DNA of 64,000 bases, taken from contig CABUGH010000003.1 of assembly GCA_902491155.1 (NCBI GenBank), positions 691-64,690 of the forward strand, written 5' to 3'. A model generated the notes under the pieces. The model did not search any database and was not told where the DNA came from. It worked only from the letters and a program-made list of their open reading frames with translations. This document shows, in pieces, positions 41,881-51,498 of the stretch; the stretch's first letter is position 1; each line of letters begins with the position of its first letter. The translations under genes and the position numbers were made by a program. Origin of the DNA: an uncultured Clostridium sp. (GTDB taxonomy: Bacteria > Bacillota > Clostridia > TANB77 > CAG-508).

Positions 41881-42811
41881 GTGATTATTTTGAGTATTGT
41901 TCCTACAAATGTTTTGTATAATTATGAACTTTTAAAAGAAAATATAAATTCATTACATAAAAAATATAATTTTTTAGATATCTCATCAATTGGTAATAGT
42001 ATTCTAGGAAAAAATATTTATGCTATAAAACTTGGTTCCGGCATTAAGAAAGTTTTTTATTGTGGTAGCTTTCATGCTAATGAATGGATTACTTCTGTAT
42101 TATTAATGTATTTTATTGAAAATTATTGCAATTGCTATATTTCAAATTCTTTTCTTTTTGGATATTCCATTCAAGAGTTATTCAATTCATCTTCAATTTA
42201 TATTGTTCCAATGGTTAATCCTGACGGGGTAGATTTAGTTACTAAATCTTTAAATATAGAATATCCGTCATATAAAAATGCATTAAAAATATCAAAAAAA
42301 TTTAACAATATTCCTTTTCCTCTCGGTTGGAAATCAAATATAACTGGTACAGACTTAAATTTACAATTTCCTGCCGGATGGGAAAATGCAAAAAAAATAA
42401 AATACAAACAAGGATTTACTCGGTCCTGCTCCACGAGACTTTGTAGGATTAAAACCACTTAATGAACCAGAAGCTTTATCAATATATAATTTTACTTTAA
42501 ATAATAAATTTGATTTAGTTATTGCTTTACATTCACAAGGAAAAGAAATTTATTGGAACTTTCAAAATATAAATCCTCCTCAAGGATATGCCATAGGAAA
42601 AGAATTTGCAAAAGCTAGCAATTACTTGCTAACTGATGTTCCATTTAATTCGAGCTTTGCAGGTTACAAAGATTGGTTTATTCAAACTTACAAAAAGCCT
42701 GGATTCACCATAGAAGTTGGACTTGGTTTAAATCCTCTTCCAATTTCACAATTTGAGCAAATATATAACGATATTTTAGGAATTCTGATTTTAGGCTCAA
42801 TCTTAGCTTAA
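41881..42811 (+). pseudogene. M14 zinc carboxypeptidase (gamma-D-glutamyl-diamino acid endopeptidase-like), one frameshift as sequenced
   Basis: GSFHANEWITS and VPMVNPDGVDLV lie upstream. ...KQGFT continues in the +1 frame as GPAPRDFVGLKPLNEPEALSIYNF...FTIEVGLG, ending at the stop at 42809-42811. The break is at about 42421. Confidence 0.7.
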
Positions 42812-42964
42812 TTCCTCTAAACAAAAGCGGACATTAATAACATTATCACTTATTAGAGCATTTTAAAATCCGCGTCTTTGTTCGCGCGCGAAATTTGCAA
42901 AGCAAATATCGCGGCATTGTTATATTTTATATTCTAGGAAGTTCGGAGAACTTTCCTAGAATAT

Positions 42965-43006
42965 AAAAAAGCATAACATGACTTAACAATCATGCTATGC
43001 TTTTTT
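42965..43006. terminator. Bidirectional terminator between the M14 gene and the aldolase gene
   Basis: aaaaaagcataacatga / tcatgctatgctttttt forms a stem with one mismatch, flanked by an A run and a T run. Confidence 0.6.
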
Positions 43007-43894
43007 CTATGTTATAGATGCATTATAAATTTTAACAATTACATCATTTAATTTTTTATCAAATTCATCTTGTGATTGATTTGCATTTAAATCTTGTAAT
43101 AAAGCTCTTGAAAAACTTGCTATCATTTTATTATTTTTAGAAAGTAACTCAACCGCTGTATCTACATCATATCCACCAGATAAAGCAACAATTCTAACAA
43201 CACAAACATAATCATATAAATCTAAATAATGGTTTGCAACTGTTGGAATTGTAAACTTAAACATTATTTTATCATTACTATTCCATGTGTTTAATTTTTT
43301 CTTAATTTCTTCTTTTAAAATTTCTTCACATTTTTCTTTCTCAGGTGCATTTATATCAACTTCTGGTTCAATAATAGGAACTAAACCTGCATCACAAATT
43401 ATCTTTGCAAATTCAAATTGTTGTTCTACAATAGCTTTTATACCATCAGCATTTGGCTCATATATTACAGATCTCATTTTTGTACCAAAAACATTTTTTT
43501 CTATAGCTTCTTCTAACTCTTTAGACAATTCAGGTATTTCTTTCATTAATTTAACACCATCTTTTTGCTCAGCTAAACCTTTGTCCACTTTTAAAAATGA
43601 CACTATATTCTTTTCATTCCATAAGTAATCCGCTGTAAATTCACCATCTACTTTTGAAAGCATTGTTTTTTCAAACAAAATTGCTCCTATTATATGTTCA
43701 TTTGTAAAAGATTTACTTGTAAATACTCTTTTTCTCATTTCATGAATCAAATCAAACATTTCCTCTTCAGTGCTATATGCACTTTCTGGAATCCCATATG
43801 CTTTTAGAGTTTTACTACTACTTCCGCCACTTTGATCTAACGCTGCTATAAATCCTTTCTTATTTTTTATAATTTCATACATTTTTTCATTCAT
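43007..43894 (-). CDS. Class I fructose-bisphosphate aldolase
   Basis: KGFIAALDQSGGSSSKTLKAYGI is typical of Gram-positive class I Fda. Length is 295 aa. Confidence 0.8.
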   Translation of the reverse strand: MNEKMYEIIKNKKGFIAALDQSGGSSSKTLKAYGIPESAYSTEEEMFDLIHEMRKRVFTSKSFTNEHIIGAILFEKTMLSKVDGEFTADYLWNEKNIVSFLKVDKGLAEQKDGVKLMKEIPELSKELEEAIEKNVFGTKMRSVIYEPNADGIKAIVEQQFEFAKIICDAGLVPIIEPEVDINAPEKEKCEEILKEEIKKKLNTWNSNDKIMFKFTIPTVANHYLDLYDYVCVVRIVALSGGYDVDTAVELLSKNNKMIASFSRALLQDLNANQSQDEFDKKLNDVIVKIYNASIT

Positions 43895-43973
43895 TCTTCT
43901 TCCCTCTTTCTTTTGAAATATTACAATTCTGTAGTGATGTTTTTTGAGACCATCCCAAAAAACACACCAAACA

Positions 43974-44531
43974 TCATCCTAAATATTTTATACTTGAGAG
44001 TATAAAATCTGCTAACATTGATATTGGCAAAATTATAACTATTATTTTTTGTATTTCATAACTTATTTTGTTTTTTGCTTTGTCTAATTTATTTTCTATA
44101 ATCGGATGTATTTTTTCATTAAAAGTTAGTCCTATTATTCCCCATGCTACTGAATATGCTATACTTATCCTTCCGTTTATGTTTCCTATGTCATTTGAAT
44201 AATCCCACCATCTTAAATGAAATACCATTTCAAATATCCATGACACAGCATATTCAAATACAGAAAATATTAGCATGCTTATTAAAAATTCCTTGAATTT
44301 TTTTCCTTTAAATTTTTTTAAAACTAAGATTATTAATATAGCTCCAAATCCATATATTGGACATACTGGTCCATATAAGAATCCTCTTTTTACAAATCTT
44401 CCTAATACAAATAAAGCAAATATAGTCTCTAAAACCCATCCTAAAAACGAATATATAACAAAATATAATACTAATCTTTGTGCATCGTTTAATTGTTTTT
44501 TATAAACCACTATCCCGTTTCTCCATTTCAT
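43974..44531 (-). CDS. Polytopic membrane protein (putative ABC-transporter type IV / CmpB-like family)
   Basis: 185 aa with YFVIYSFLGWVLETIFALF and GPVCPIYGFGAILI. Confidence 0.5.
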   Translation of the reverse strand: MKWRNGIVVYKKQLNDAQRLVLYFVIYSFLGWVLETIFALFVLGRFVKRGFLYGPVCPIYGFGAILIILVLKKFKGKKFKEFLISMLIFSVFEYAVSWIFEMVFHLRWWDYSNDIGNINGRISIAYSVAWGIIGLTFNEKIHPIIENKLDKAKNKISYEIQKIIVIILPISMLADFILSSIKYLG

Positions 44532-44589
44532 CCCCCAACAAAATAAATAACTCCGTACATTATATTAATATTTAATTTTGATTATTACA

Positions 44590-45909
44590 TTATACTCGTA
44601 TTTTTGTATTTGCTGGATATTCTCTTTCTTTTTTTAATTCTACATTTTCAGTTTTTTTATTTTCATTTATTACCAAATCTGGACTTTTACCTAAAGTTAC
44701 AGTATCTTTCGTTATTGTGCATTTTTCTATTTTAGGATTTGATGGTATATCATACATAATGTCTCTCATTATTTCTTCAATTATAGAACGTAATCCTCTT
44801 GCTCCTGTTTTTCTTTCTATTGCCTTATCCACAATTGCTTCTAATGCTTCTCTTGTAAATTCTAGTTCTACACCATCTAGTTCCAACAACTTTTTATATT
44901 GTTTTACTAACGCATTTTTTGGTTCTGTTGCTATTTTTATTAATGCTTCTCTATCTAATTCTTCTAATGTTGCTATTATTGGCAGTCTGCCTATAAATTC
45001 CGGTATTAATCCAAATTTTAACAAGTCTTGTGGCAATAATTCTTTAAATACTTCATCTTTTTTTATTTCTTTTTTACTTTCAATCTTTGTTCCAAATCCT
45101 ATTGATTTTTCACCTGTTCTATTTTTTATGATATTTTCTAAACCTTCAAATGCTCCTCCACATATAAATAATATGTTTTCAGTATTTATTTGTATTAGCT
45201 CTTGGTTTGGATGTTTTCTTCCTCCTTGTGGTGGTACAGATGCTATTGTTCCTTCTATTATTTTTAATAAAGCTTGTTGCACTCCTTCTCCACTAACATC
45301 ACGTGTAATTGATGGATTTTCAGATTTTCTTGTTATCTTATCAATTTCATCAATATACACAATTCCTTTTTCTGCTCTTTGAATATCTCCATCAGCTGCT
45401 TGAATTAATTTTAGTAAAATATTTTCCACATCTTCACCAACATATCCTGCTTCTGTTAATGTTGTAGCATCTGCTATAGCAAATGGAACATTTAAAATTT
45501 TTGCTAATGTTCTTGCCAATAAAGTTTTTCCACATCCTGTTGGTCCTAATAATAAAATATTGCTTTTTTGAATTTCTACATCATCATCTTTTTTATCATT
45601 TTCTTCTTCATGTATAATTCTTTTATAATGGTTATAAACTGCTACTGACAATGTTCTTTTAGCTTCATCCTGTCCAATTACATAATCATCTAATGTTTTC
45701 TTTATTTCTTTTGGACTTGGAATTTCTTCTGCTAAAGTATATCCTAAATCTTCTTCATTAAGACCTTCTGCTTCTATAATACTTGTACATAAATCAACAC
45801 ATTCATTACATATATATACTCCTGGTCCAGCTACTAATTTTTTAACATTATCTTGTGTTTTACCACAAAATGAACATCTTAAATTTTTAGGTGTATCATT
45901 TTTTCCCAT
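44590..45909 (-). CDS. clpX: ATP-dependent Clp protease ATP-binding subunit ClpX
   Basis: The zinc finger is CSFCGK...[19 protein letters not shown] and IVYIDEIDK are present. Confidence 0.9.
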   Translation of the reverse strand: MGKNDTPKNLRCSFCGKTQDNVKKLVAGPGVYICNECVDLCTSIIEAEGLNEEDLGYTLAEEIPSPKEIKKTLDDYVIGQDEAKRTLSVAVYNHYKRIIHEEENDKKDDDVEIQKSNILLLGPTGCGKTLLARTLAKILNVPFAIADATTLTEAGYVGEDVENILLKLIQAADGDIQRAEKGIVYIDEIDKITRKSENPSITRDVSGEGVQQALLKIIEGTIASVPPQGGRKHPNQELIQINTENILFICGGAFEGLENIIKNRTGEKSIGFGTKIESKKEIKKDEVFKELLPQDLLKFGLIPEFIGRLPIIATLEELDREALIKIATEPKNALVKQYKKLLELDGVELEFTREALEAIVDKAIERKTGARGLRSIIEEIMRDIMYDIPSNPKIEKCTITKDTVTLGKSPDLVINENKKTENVELKKEREYPANTKIRV

Positions 45910-45933
45910 TACTAAATCTCCTTAACTCAATTT

Positions 45934-46539
45934 TTATGCTCTATGATCCATAATTCCATCTATTAAACCATATTTTAGAGCTTCTTCTGCTGTCATATAA
46001 TGATCTCTTTCTGTATCTTTTTCGATAACTTCAATTGGTTGACCTGTTCTATCACTTAAAAACTTATTCAATTTTTCTCTTGTTTTTACCAAGTGATCTG
46101 CATGAATTTTAATTTCTGTTGCTTGACCAGATAATCCGCCACCACCAATTAATGGTTGATGTATTAAGATTTCTGCATTTGGTGTTGCAAATCTTTTTCC
46201 CTTTTCTCCAGCACATAAAAGAGCTGCTCCCATACTTGCTGCCATACCTATACATATTGTTGATACTGGACATTTTATATAATTCATTGTATCTATAATA
46301 CCCATTCCATCTGTAATAGATCCCCCTGGTGAATTAATATATAAATATATATCTTTATCTGGATCTTCTGATTCCAAAAATAGCAATTGTGCTATTACCA
46401 AACTTGATGTTGTTGGATTTACATCTTCTCCTAAAAATATAATTCTATCTTTTAATAATCTTGAAAAAATATCATATGATCTTTCTCCTTTACTTGTTTG
46501 TTCAATTACATATGGTACTAAACTGTTTTTTTCTAACAT
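45934..46539 (-). CDS. clpP: ATP-dependent Clp protease proteolytic subunit ClpP
   Basis: [27 protein letters not shown] and IHQP are present. The start follows GGAGG. Confidence 0.9.
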   Translation of the reverse strand: MLEKNSLVPYVIEQTSKGERSYDIFSRLLKDRIIFLGEDVNPTTSSLVIAQLLFLESEDPDKDIYLYINSPGGSITDGMGIIDTMNYIKCPVSTICIGMAASMGAALLCAGEKGKRFATPNAEILIHQPLIGGGGLSGQATEIKIHADHLVKTREKLNKFLSDRTGQPIEVIEKDTERDHYMTAEEALKYGLIDGIMDHRA

Positions 46540-46632
46540 ACTTTTTCCTCCTTTTATATAAAATAAAGGTGCTATATTAAATTTATAGTCATAAAAATAC
46601 CATAAATTAAGACATTGCACCTCCTTTTTATC

Positions 46633-47919
46633 TTATTTCATTTTTGCATTTTTTACTAAGAAGTCAACTGCTTTTTCTGATTTTATTCCCTCTTCGATGT
46701 ATTTTCTTACATTTTCATTTTGTAAAAATGCTTCGTCATCTTCTTTACCGTAATTTTTTGCCATTTCTTTTATTTTTTCGTCTATTTCTTCGATATTTGC
46801 CTCGATTTTTTCTGTTTTTATTACTGCTTCTAACATTAATCTTGTTTTTACTGCTTCTAATGCTTGAGGTTCATATTCTTTTTTCATTTCCTCCATTGTT
46901 TTTCCTAACATTTGAAGATATTGTTCTAATTTGATACCTTGATATGATAATCTTGTTTCAATATCTTTTAACATATTTTCAACTTCTGTTTCTACCATAC
47001 CTGATGGAACATCTACTTTAATATTTTCTGTTACTGCTTTTACTACAGCTTCTTCTGTTTCGTATTTTTGTTTTTCAGTATTATCTTTTTCTAGTCTGTC
47101 TTTTATACTTTCTTTTAATTCTTTTAAAGTATCAAATTCACTTGCTTCTTTTGCAAATTCATCATCTAATTTTGGTAATTCTTTTTTCTTTATTTCATGT
47201 ACTTTTACTTTAAATGTTGCATCTTTTCCAGCTAAATCTTTTGAAAAATATTCTTCTGGGAATTTTACATTTATATCTTTTTCTTCATCAATTTTCATAC
47301 CAATAATTTGATCTTCAAATCCTGGAATAAAAGAATTACTTCCTATTTCTAAATCATAATTTTCTGCTTTTCCACCTTCAAAAGCTTCTCCGTCTACAAA
47401 ACCTTCAAAATCTATTGTAGTAATATCACCTTTTTCAACTGGTCTGTCTTCAACTGAAATTAATCTTGAATTATGTTCTTGCATATGTTCTAATTCATGA
47501 TTAATGTCTTCATCTTTTACAGTATACTCAATCTTTTTTATTTCTATACCTTTATATTTTCCAAGTTCTGCTTCTGGTTTTGTTTGGAATATTGCTGTAA
47601 ATATTAAGTCTTGCCCTTTTCCTATTTGTGTTATATCAATATCTGGTCTACTTACTGCTTCTATTTTATTTTCTGTTAAAGCTTCTTCTAATACTTCTGG
47701 TGCTAAATCATTAAAAGCATCTTCATAAAAAATTTCTTTTCCATAATATTTTTCTACTATGTTCATTGGTGCTTTTCCTTTTCTGAATCCAGGAATATTA
47801 AAGTATTTTGCACTTTTAAAATATACTTTTTTCATTGCCTCGTCAAATCTATTGGCTTCTACTGTTAATTCTAATTTTACTTCATTTGCATTTTTTGTTT
47901 TTTCAACTTTACAATTCAT
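46633..47919 (-). CDS. tig: Trigger factor
   Basis: FNIPGFRKGKAP and the PPIase-type IPGFEDQIIGM are present. It lies upstream of clpP-clpX. Confidence 0.9.
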   Translation of the reverse strand: MNCKVEKTKNANEVKLELTVEANRFDEAMKKVYFKSAKYFNIPGFRKGKAPMNIVEKYYGKEIFYEDAFNDLAPEVLEEALTENKIEAVSRPDIDITQIGKGQDLIFTAIFQTKPEAELGKYKGIEIKKIEYTVKDEDINHELEHMQEHNSRLISVEDRPVEKGDITTIDFEGFVDGEAFEGGKAENYDLEIGSNSFIPGFEDQIIGMKIDEEKDINVKFPEEYFSKDLAGKDATFKVKVHEIKKKELPKLDDEFAKEASEFDTLKELKESIKDRLEKDNTEKQKYETEEAVVKAVTENIKVDVPSGMVETEVENMLKDIETRLSYQGIKLEQYLQMLGKTMEEMKKEYEPQALEAVKTRLMLEAVIKTEKIEANIEEIDEKIKEMAKNYGKEDDEAFLQNENVRKYIEEGIKSEKAVDFLVKNAKMK

Positions 47920-48098
47920 TTTATTCATCCTTTCAATTTTTAATATTGCCTCTATTGCATAGTGTTTACATTATATCATAAAATTGATATTTTGCAAGGA
48001 ATTTTTTAATATTTTTAAAAAAATACTTGTTTTTTTTATTTTTTTGTGGTAAACTTAATTACAGTCAATTTATTTTTAAATTTAGGAGGTGCTAGAAC

Positions 48099-48296
48099 AT
48101 GGCAAAATGCGCAATTTGTGACAAAACACAAAGTAATGGAAATAAATTAAGTATCACTCGTTCACATATCAGTAAAAGAAGTCCTCGTACTTGGAAACCA
48201 AACTTAAGAACTGTTAAAGCCGAAATAGATGGTCAAGTTAAAAGAATTCATGTATGTGCTAAGTGTTTAAAAAACGGTAAAGTAAAAAGAGCATAA
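48099..48296 (+). CDS. rpmB: 50S ribosomal protein L28
   Basis: MAKCAICDKTQSNGNKLSITRSHISKRSPRTWKPNL is present. Length is 65 aa. Confidence 0.9.
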   Translation: MAKCAICDKTQSNGNKLSITRSHISKRSPRTWKPNLRTVKAEIDGQVKRIHVCAKCLKNGKVKRA

Positions 48297-48323
48297 GAGC
48301 TCTTTTTTTGTTTTTATATAAAT

Positions 48324-48398
48324 TTAATCTTTAATTCTAAAAATGAATTTTACAAATCCTCTTAAGAATTTTGGAACTTTTTTTACTACAATAGTCAT
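48324..48398 (-). CDS. spoVM: Stage V sporulation protein M (24 aa; below the ORF-track cutoff)
   Basis: My own translation is MTIVVKKVPKFLRGFVKFIFRIKD, preceded by GGAGGGA. Compare B. subtilis SpoVM MKFYTIKLPKFLGGIVRAMLGSFRKD. It lies next to rpmB, as in Bacillus. Confidence 0.65.
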   Translation of the reverse strand: MTIVVKKVPKFLRGFVKFIFRIKD

Positions 48399-48418
48399 AT
48401 GTAATCCCTCCTATCTAT

Positions 48419-48568
48419 TTAACATGCCAACCACATAATGCCAACACACGCCAACGCTACTCCTATTATAAATAACCAACCTGTTAATGGAAGTAATAAC
48501 ACAAGTAATATTCCCAATCCTATTCCAATAAGACACACACCTATAGTTTTTCTTAATAAATGAAACAT
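48419..48568 (-). CDS. 49-aa two-helix membrane peptide (not in the ORF track)
   Basis: My own translation is MFHLLRKTIGVCLIGIGLGILLVLLLPLTGWLFIIGVALACVGIMWLAC. The RBS GGGAGAA lies upstream, and the gene sits just upstream of spoVM. Confidence 0.4.
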   Translation of the reverse strand: MFHLLRKTIGVCLIGIGLGILLVLLLPLTGWLFIIGVALACVGIMWLAC

Positions 48569-48715
48569 GCTATTTCTCCCTTCTTTCAAGTAGCTTTTCT
48601 ACTTTCTTTTATATATTATTCTAAAACATTTTATTTGTTCCTATTTATGTAAAATTCTTGACTATTAAAGCAAAATATTATAATATTTTAAAAATGAATA
48701 AGAAAGGACTTTTAT

Positions 48716-49357
48716 ATGACTAAACAAAATGCAAAAAAAATAATAGAAATTCTAAATTCAACTTATCCTGACGCCACTTGCAGTCTGGATTTTACAACAC
48801 CATTTGAAATAGTTGTTGCTGTTATGCTTTCTGCACAGTGTACTGATGAACGTGTTAATAAAACTACTCCTGAACTATTTTCAAAATGTAAAAAAATTGA
48901 AGATTATGCAAATATAGATATTAATGATTTAGAAAAAATAATTCACCCTTGTGGTTTTTATAAAAACAAAGCTAAAAATATAAAACTTTGTGCAAATCAA
49001 ATATTAGAAAATTTTGATGGAAAAGTTCCAAATAATATGGAAGATTTACTAACACTAGCTGGTGTTGGAAGAAAATCTGCTAATGTAGTTTTATTAGAAG
49101 CTTTTGGAATTGCAAACGGAATTGCTGTAGATACACACGCAAAACGTATATCTAATTTAATGGGATTCTCTAAAGAAAAAGAACCAGAAAAAGTCGAGCA
49201 GGACTTATTAAAATTAATACCTAAAAATTATCTTCCAAGTGTTAATCATCTTTTTGTTTGGCATGGTAGAAATACCTGTATTGCCAGAAAACCCAAATGT
49301 GAATCTTGTACTGTTAAAGATTATTGTGAATTTTATAAAACTAAAAAATCTGTATAA
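48716..49357 (+). CDS. nth: Endonuclease III
   Basis: The HhH motif LAGVGRKSANVVL, DTHAKRIS and the 4Fe-4S Cys cluster C-x6-C-x2-C-x5-C are present. Confidence 0.85.
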   Translation: MTKQNAKKIIEILNSTYPDATCSLDFTTPFEIVVAVMLSAQCTDERVNKTTPELFSKCKKIEDYANIDINDLEKIIHPCGFYKNKAKNIKLCANQILENFDGKVPNNMEDLLTLAGVGRKSANVVLLEAFGIANGIAVDTHAKRISNLMGFSKEKEPEKVEQDLLKLIPKNYLPSVNHLFVWHGRNTCIARKPKCESCTVKDYCEFYKTKKSV

Positions 49358-49412
49358 TTTGTATAATTCTGAGCATACTATTTTTGTAATATTTTTTAGG
49401 GAAGTGATTTTT

Positions 49413-49553
49413 TTGACAAATATTAATTGTTCTGCTAATTGTATTTATCAAAGAGATGGTAAGTGTTGCTACAATATTGTAGCTATGTCAAGTATTTCTA
49501 ATAACTATGACTGTGCCTATTACATTCCTTTTCTAAAAAATACCAATAATTAA
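49413..49553 (+). CDS. Small Cys-rich protein (46 aa, TTG start)
   Basis: (M)TNINCSANCIYQRDGKCCYNIVAMSSISNNYDCAYYIPFLKNTNN, with the RBS AGGGAAG about 8 nt upstream. It shows a loose C-x3-C-x-Y...G-x-C pattern. Confidence 0.3.
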   Translation: MTNINCSANCIYQRDGKCCYNIVAMSSISNNYDCAYYIPFLKNTNN

Positions 49554-49718
49554 TAGTATACTATACTAAAAGTGCCTGTATATATATTAAAAATTATACA
49601 CTAGACCTGAACAAGCTCCTGGTGTACAAGAATATGTAGGAAAACGACATTTTTCTTTGCATTTTCCTACATATTTTTATATCATTTACATCCTATTTTA
49701 TAATCACAGCTTTAGTAC

Positions 49719-50327
49719 TTAACCTTGAATTTTTCCATCTATTGTCTTGCCTAAATATACTTTAGTTTCATTAGTACCATTTGTATCATTAATATCATCA
49801 ATATCATTTAACGTATATGTACCATCTTTTAATGTATATTCCCATAAATCCATATTAACGCTTTTACCATCTGTACCTATTCCAATAACTCCATTATTTC
49901 TTTCCTCTTTTTGCTCTTCTGATGCTTTTGCATTTTCTTTAATTTCATTCCAATTCTTTCCACTTTTGACCTCACCAGACACAACATCATATTCTCTATT
50001 GCTATCCACAAAAATAACAGAAAACTTAAAATCACCATTATCTCTAACAATTGTTTTTCCTTCTTTGTATTGCTTATCCATTTCACTTTGCAAATTTGAT
50101 TGATTCATTCTTTTATTATCTTTCGCCACATTAACAACTGCTAACCGGACTATCTCTTTTTCTTGTGATATTCGAGTATTTTCTTTTGCTTCAGTTGCTC
50201 TTTTTAAAATTCCATTGTCTCCACTTAATGCATTGATTGTTATTATTGATAATATTAAAAGCACAATTACTGTTATTACTAATGACATTAGTGTAATTTC
50301 TCTTTGTTTTTTTGTTTGCTTTAGCAT
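49719..50327 (-). CDS. Prepilin-type N-terminal leader protein, short paralogue
   Basis: MLKQTKKQREITLMSLVITVIVLLILSIITINALSGDNGILKRATEAK. The first 50 or so residues parallel those of the 51499-52875 gene. Confidence 0.55.
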   Translation of the reverse strand: MLKQTKKQREITLMSLVITVIVLLILSIITINALSGDNGILKRATEAKENTRISQEKEIVRLAVVNVAKDNKRMNQSNLQSEMDKQYKEGKTIVRDNGDFKFSVIFVDSNREYDVVSGEVKSGKNWNEIKENAKASEEQKEERNNGVIGIGTDGKSVNMDLWEYTLKDGTYTLNDIDDINDTNGTNETKVYLGKTIDGKIQG

Positions 50328-50493
50328 TTGTTTTCCTCCCTCTTTTACATTTTTATACTTGACTATTTTAAGGATGCATGGTAATATATGCACAAGTTAT
50401 ACATCAAACTATTTTGTATCTTATAAAAATCTATTTTTTATCTATGGCAAATCTGCCACAATTTCAAAAAAAATAAAACTACTAAAGGAGGTA

Positions 50494-51351
50494 TTGCGTA
50501 TAAAACTTTTAAATATTAAGACTGATTACGTATTTAAGCGTGTATTTGGTCATATTGGAAATGAAGATATAACAAAAAACTTTTTAAGCTGTATATTAAG
50601 ACAAGAGGTTTCTAATATTGAATTAGAAAAAAATACTATTTTAGAAAAAGACCTAATTGATGATAAAATAGGTATATTAGACATAAAGGCTGAAATTAAT
50701 AATAATACAAATGTTGATATTGAAATGCAAATTATTGATAAGAAAAATTCAGCTCAAAGAATACTTTTTTATTGTGCTAAATTATTTACAAAATCTTTAA
50801 AGTCTGGAAAAGATTATGATTCTTTAAAAAAATCAATTTCTATTCTGATTGCAGATTATGAACTGGACATTTTAAAAGAAATCCCCCAATACATAACAAA
50901 ATGGAACTTTCGTGAGGAAGATTATTCAAAAATCGTATTGACAGACATCATGGAAATTTATATAATAGAGCTAGGAAAATTCAAGAAATTTCAAAATTCT
51001 GAAAAATACAAAAAACTGGATTCTTGGATTAAATTTATAGAAAGTTCTGAGGTGGTTGATATGTCTAATAAAGAAATAGTTAAGGCTAAAGAAGTTTTAG
51101 AAGAAATTAGTCAAGATGAACATGAACGTTATTTAGCAGAGTTGAGAGAAAAATATATTTTGGATCAAAATGCAACTGAAGCCGCTGGCTATGATAAGGG
51201 CTTAAAAGTTGGACATAGTGAAGGGCTAAAACAGGGTAAAAAAGAAAAAATTATTGAAATAGCAAAAAAAATGCTAGAAGAAAAAATACCAATAGAAACA
51301 ATTAGTAAAATTACTAATTTATCAAAAGAAGATATCGCAAATTTAAAATAA
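50494..51351 (+). CDS. Rpn-family recombination-promoting nuclease / PD-(D/E)XK putative transposase
   Basis: LLNIKTDYVFKRVFG and ILDIKAEINNNTNVDIEMQ form the D...E-x-Q core. A C-terminal repeated helical tail is present. A TTG start is assumed. Confidence 0.65.
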   Translation: MRIKLLNIKTDYVFKRVFGHIGNEDITKNFLSCILRQEVSNIELEKNTILEKDLIDDKIGILDIKAEINNNTNVDIEMQIIDKKNSAQRILFYCAKLFTKSLKSGKDYDSLKKSISILIADYELDILKEIPQYITKWNFREEDYSKIVLTDIMEIYIIELGKFKKFQNSEKYKKLDSWIKFIESSEVVDMSNKEIVKAKEVLEEISQDEHERYLAELREKYILDQNATEAAGYDKGLKVGHSEGLKQGKKEKIIEIAKKMLEEKIPIETISKITNLSKEDIANLK

Positions 51352-51400
51352 ATATAATTTAATACATAAAGTAGTTTGAGGTATAACAAACAGACAAAAG

Positions 51401-51440
51401 TTTTATTTTCTAGAGCTTACACAGTTATTTCGATATACTC
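51401..51440. mobile_element. Solo terminal repeat of the IS256-family element
   Basis: ttttattttctagagcttacacagttatttcgatatactc equals 13403-13442 with one mismatch. No transposase gene is attached. Confidence 0.7.
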
Positions 51441-51498
51441 ACCCATTACAATACATTTGTTTATACAATATATTGTAATGGGATTATTTTATTATTCA

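Noticed and set aside
49239-49412. First half of the 104-aa ORF overlapping the 3' end of nth
   Set aside because: It is an alternative frame of nth with nonsense composition. Only the distal Cys-rich part, after its own RBS at about 49400, is retained as a low-confidence small CDS.
50145-50147. CGG as a universally skipped or unassigned codon
   Set aside because: This in-frame CGG (gtc cgg tta, EIVRLAVV) aligns with Lys in the paralogue (EEITKLSI), and a +1 shift here gives an immediate TAG. At least one CGG therefore behaves as ordinary Arg. The gene is accessory and possibly foreign or decaying, so this weakens the recoding idea but does not kill it.
50215-50493. Upstream 93 codons of the Rpn-family ORF
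   Set aside because: They are antisense to the prepilin-leader gene and hydrophobic nonsense. The family-typical N-terminus (KLLNIKTDYVFKRVFG) begins near 50494.
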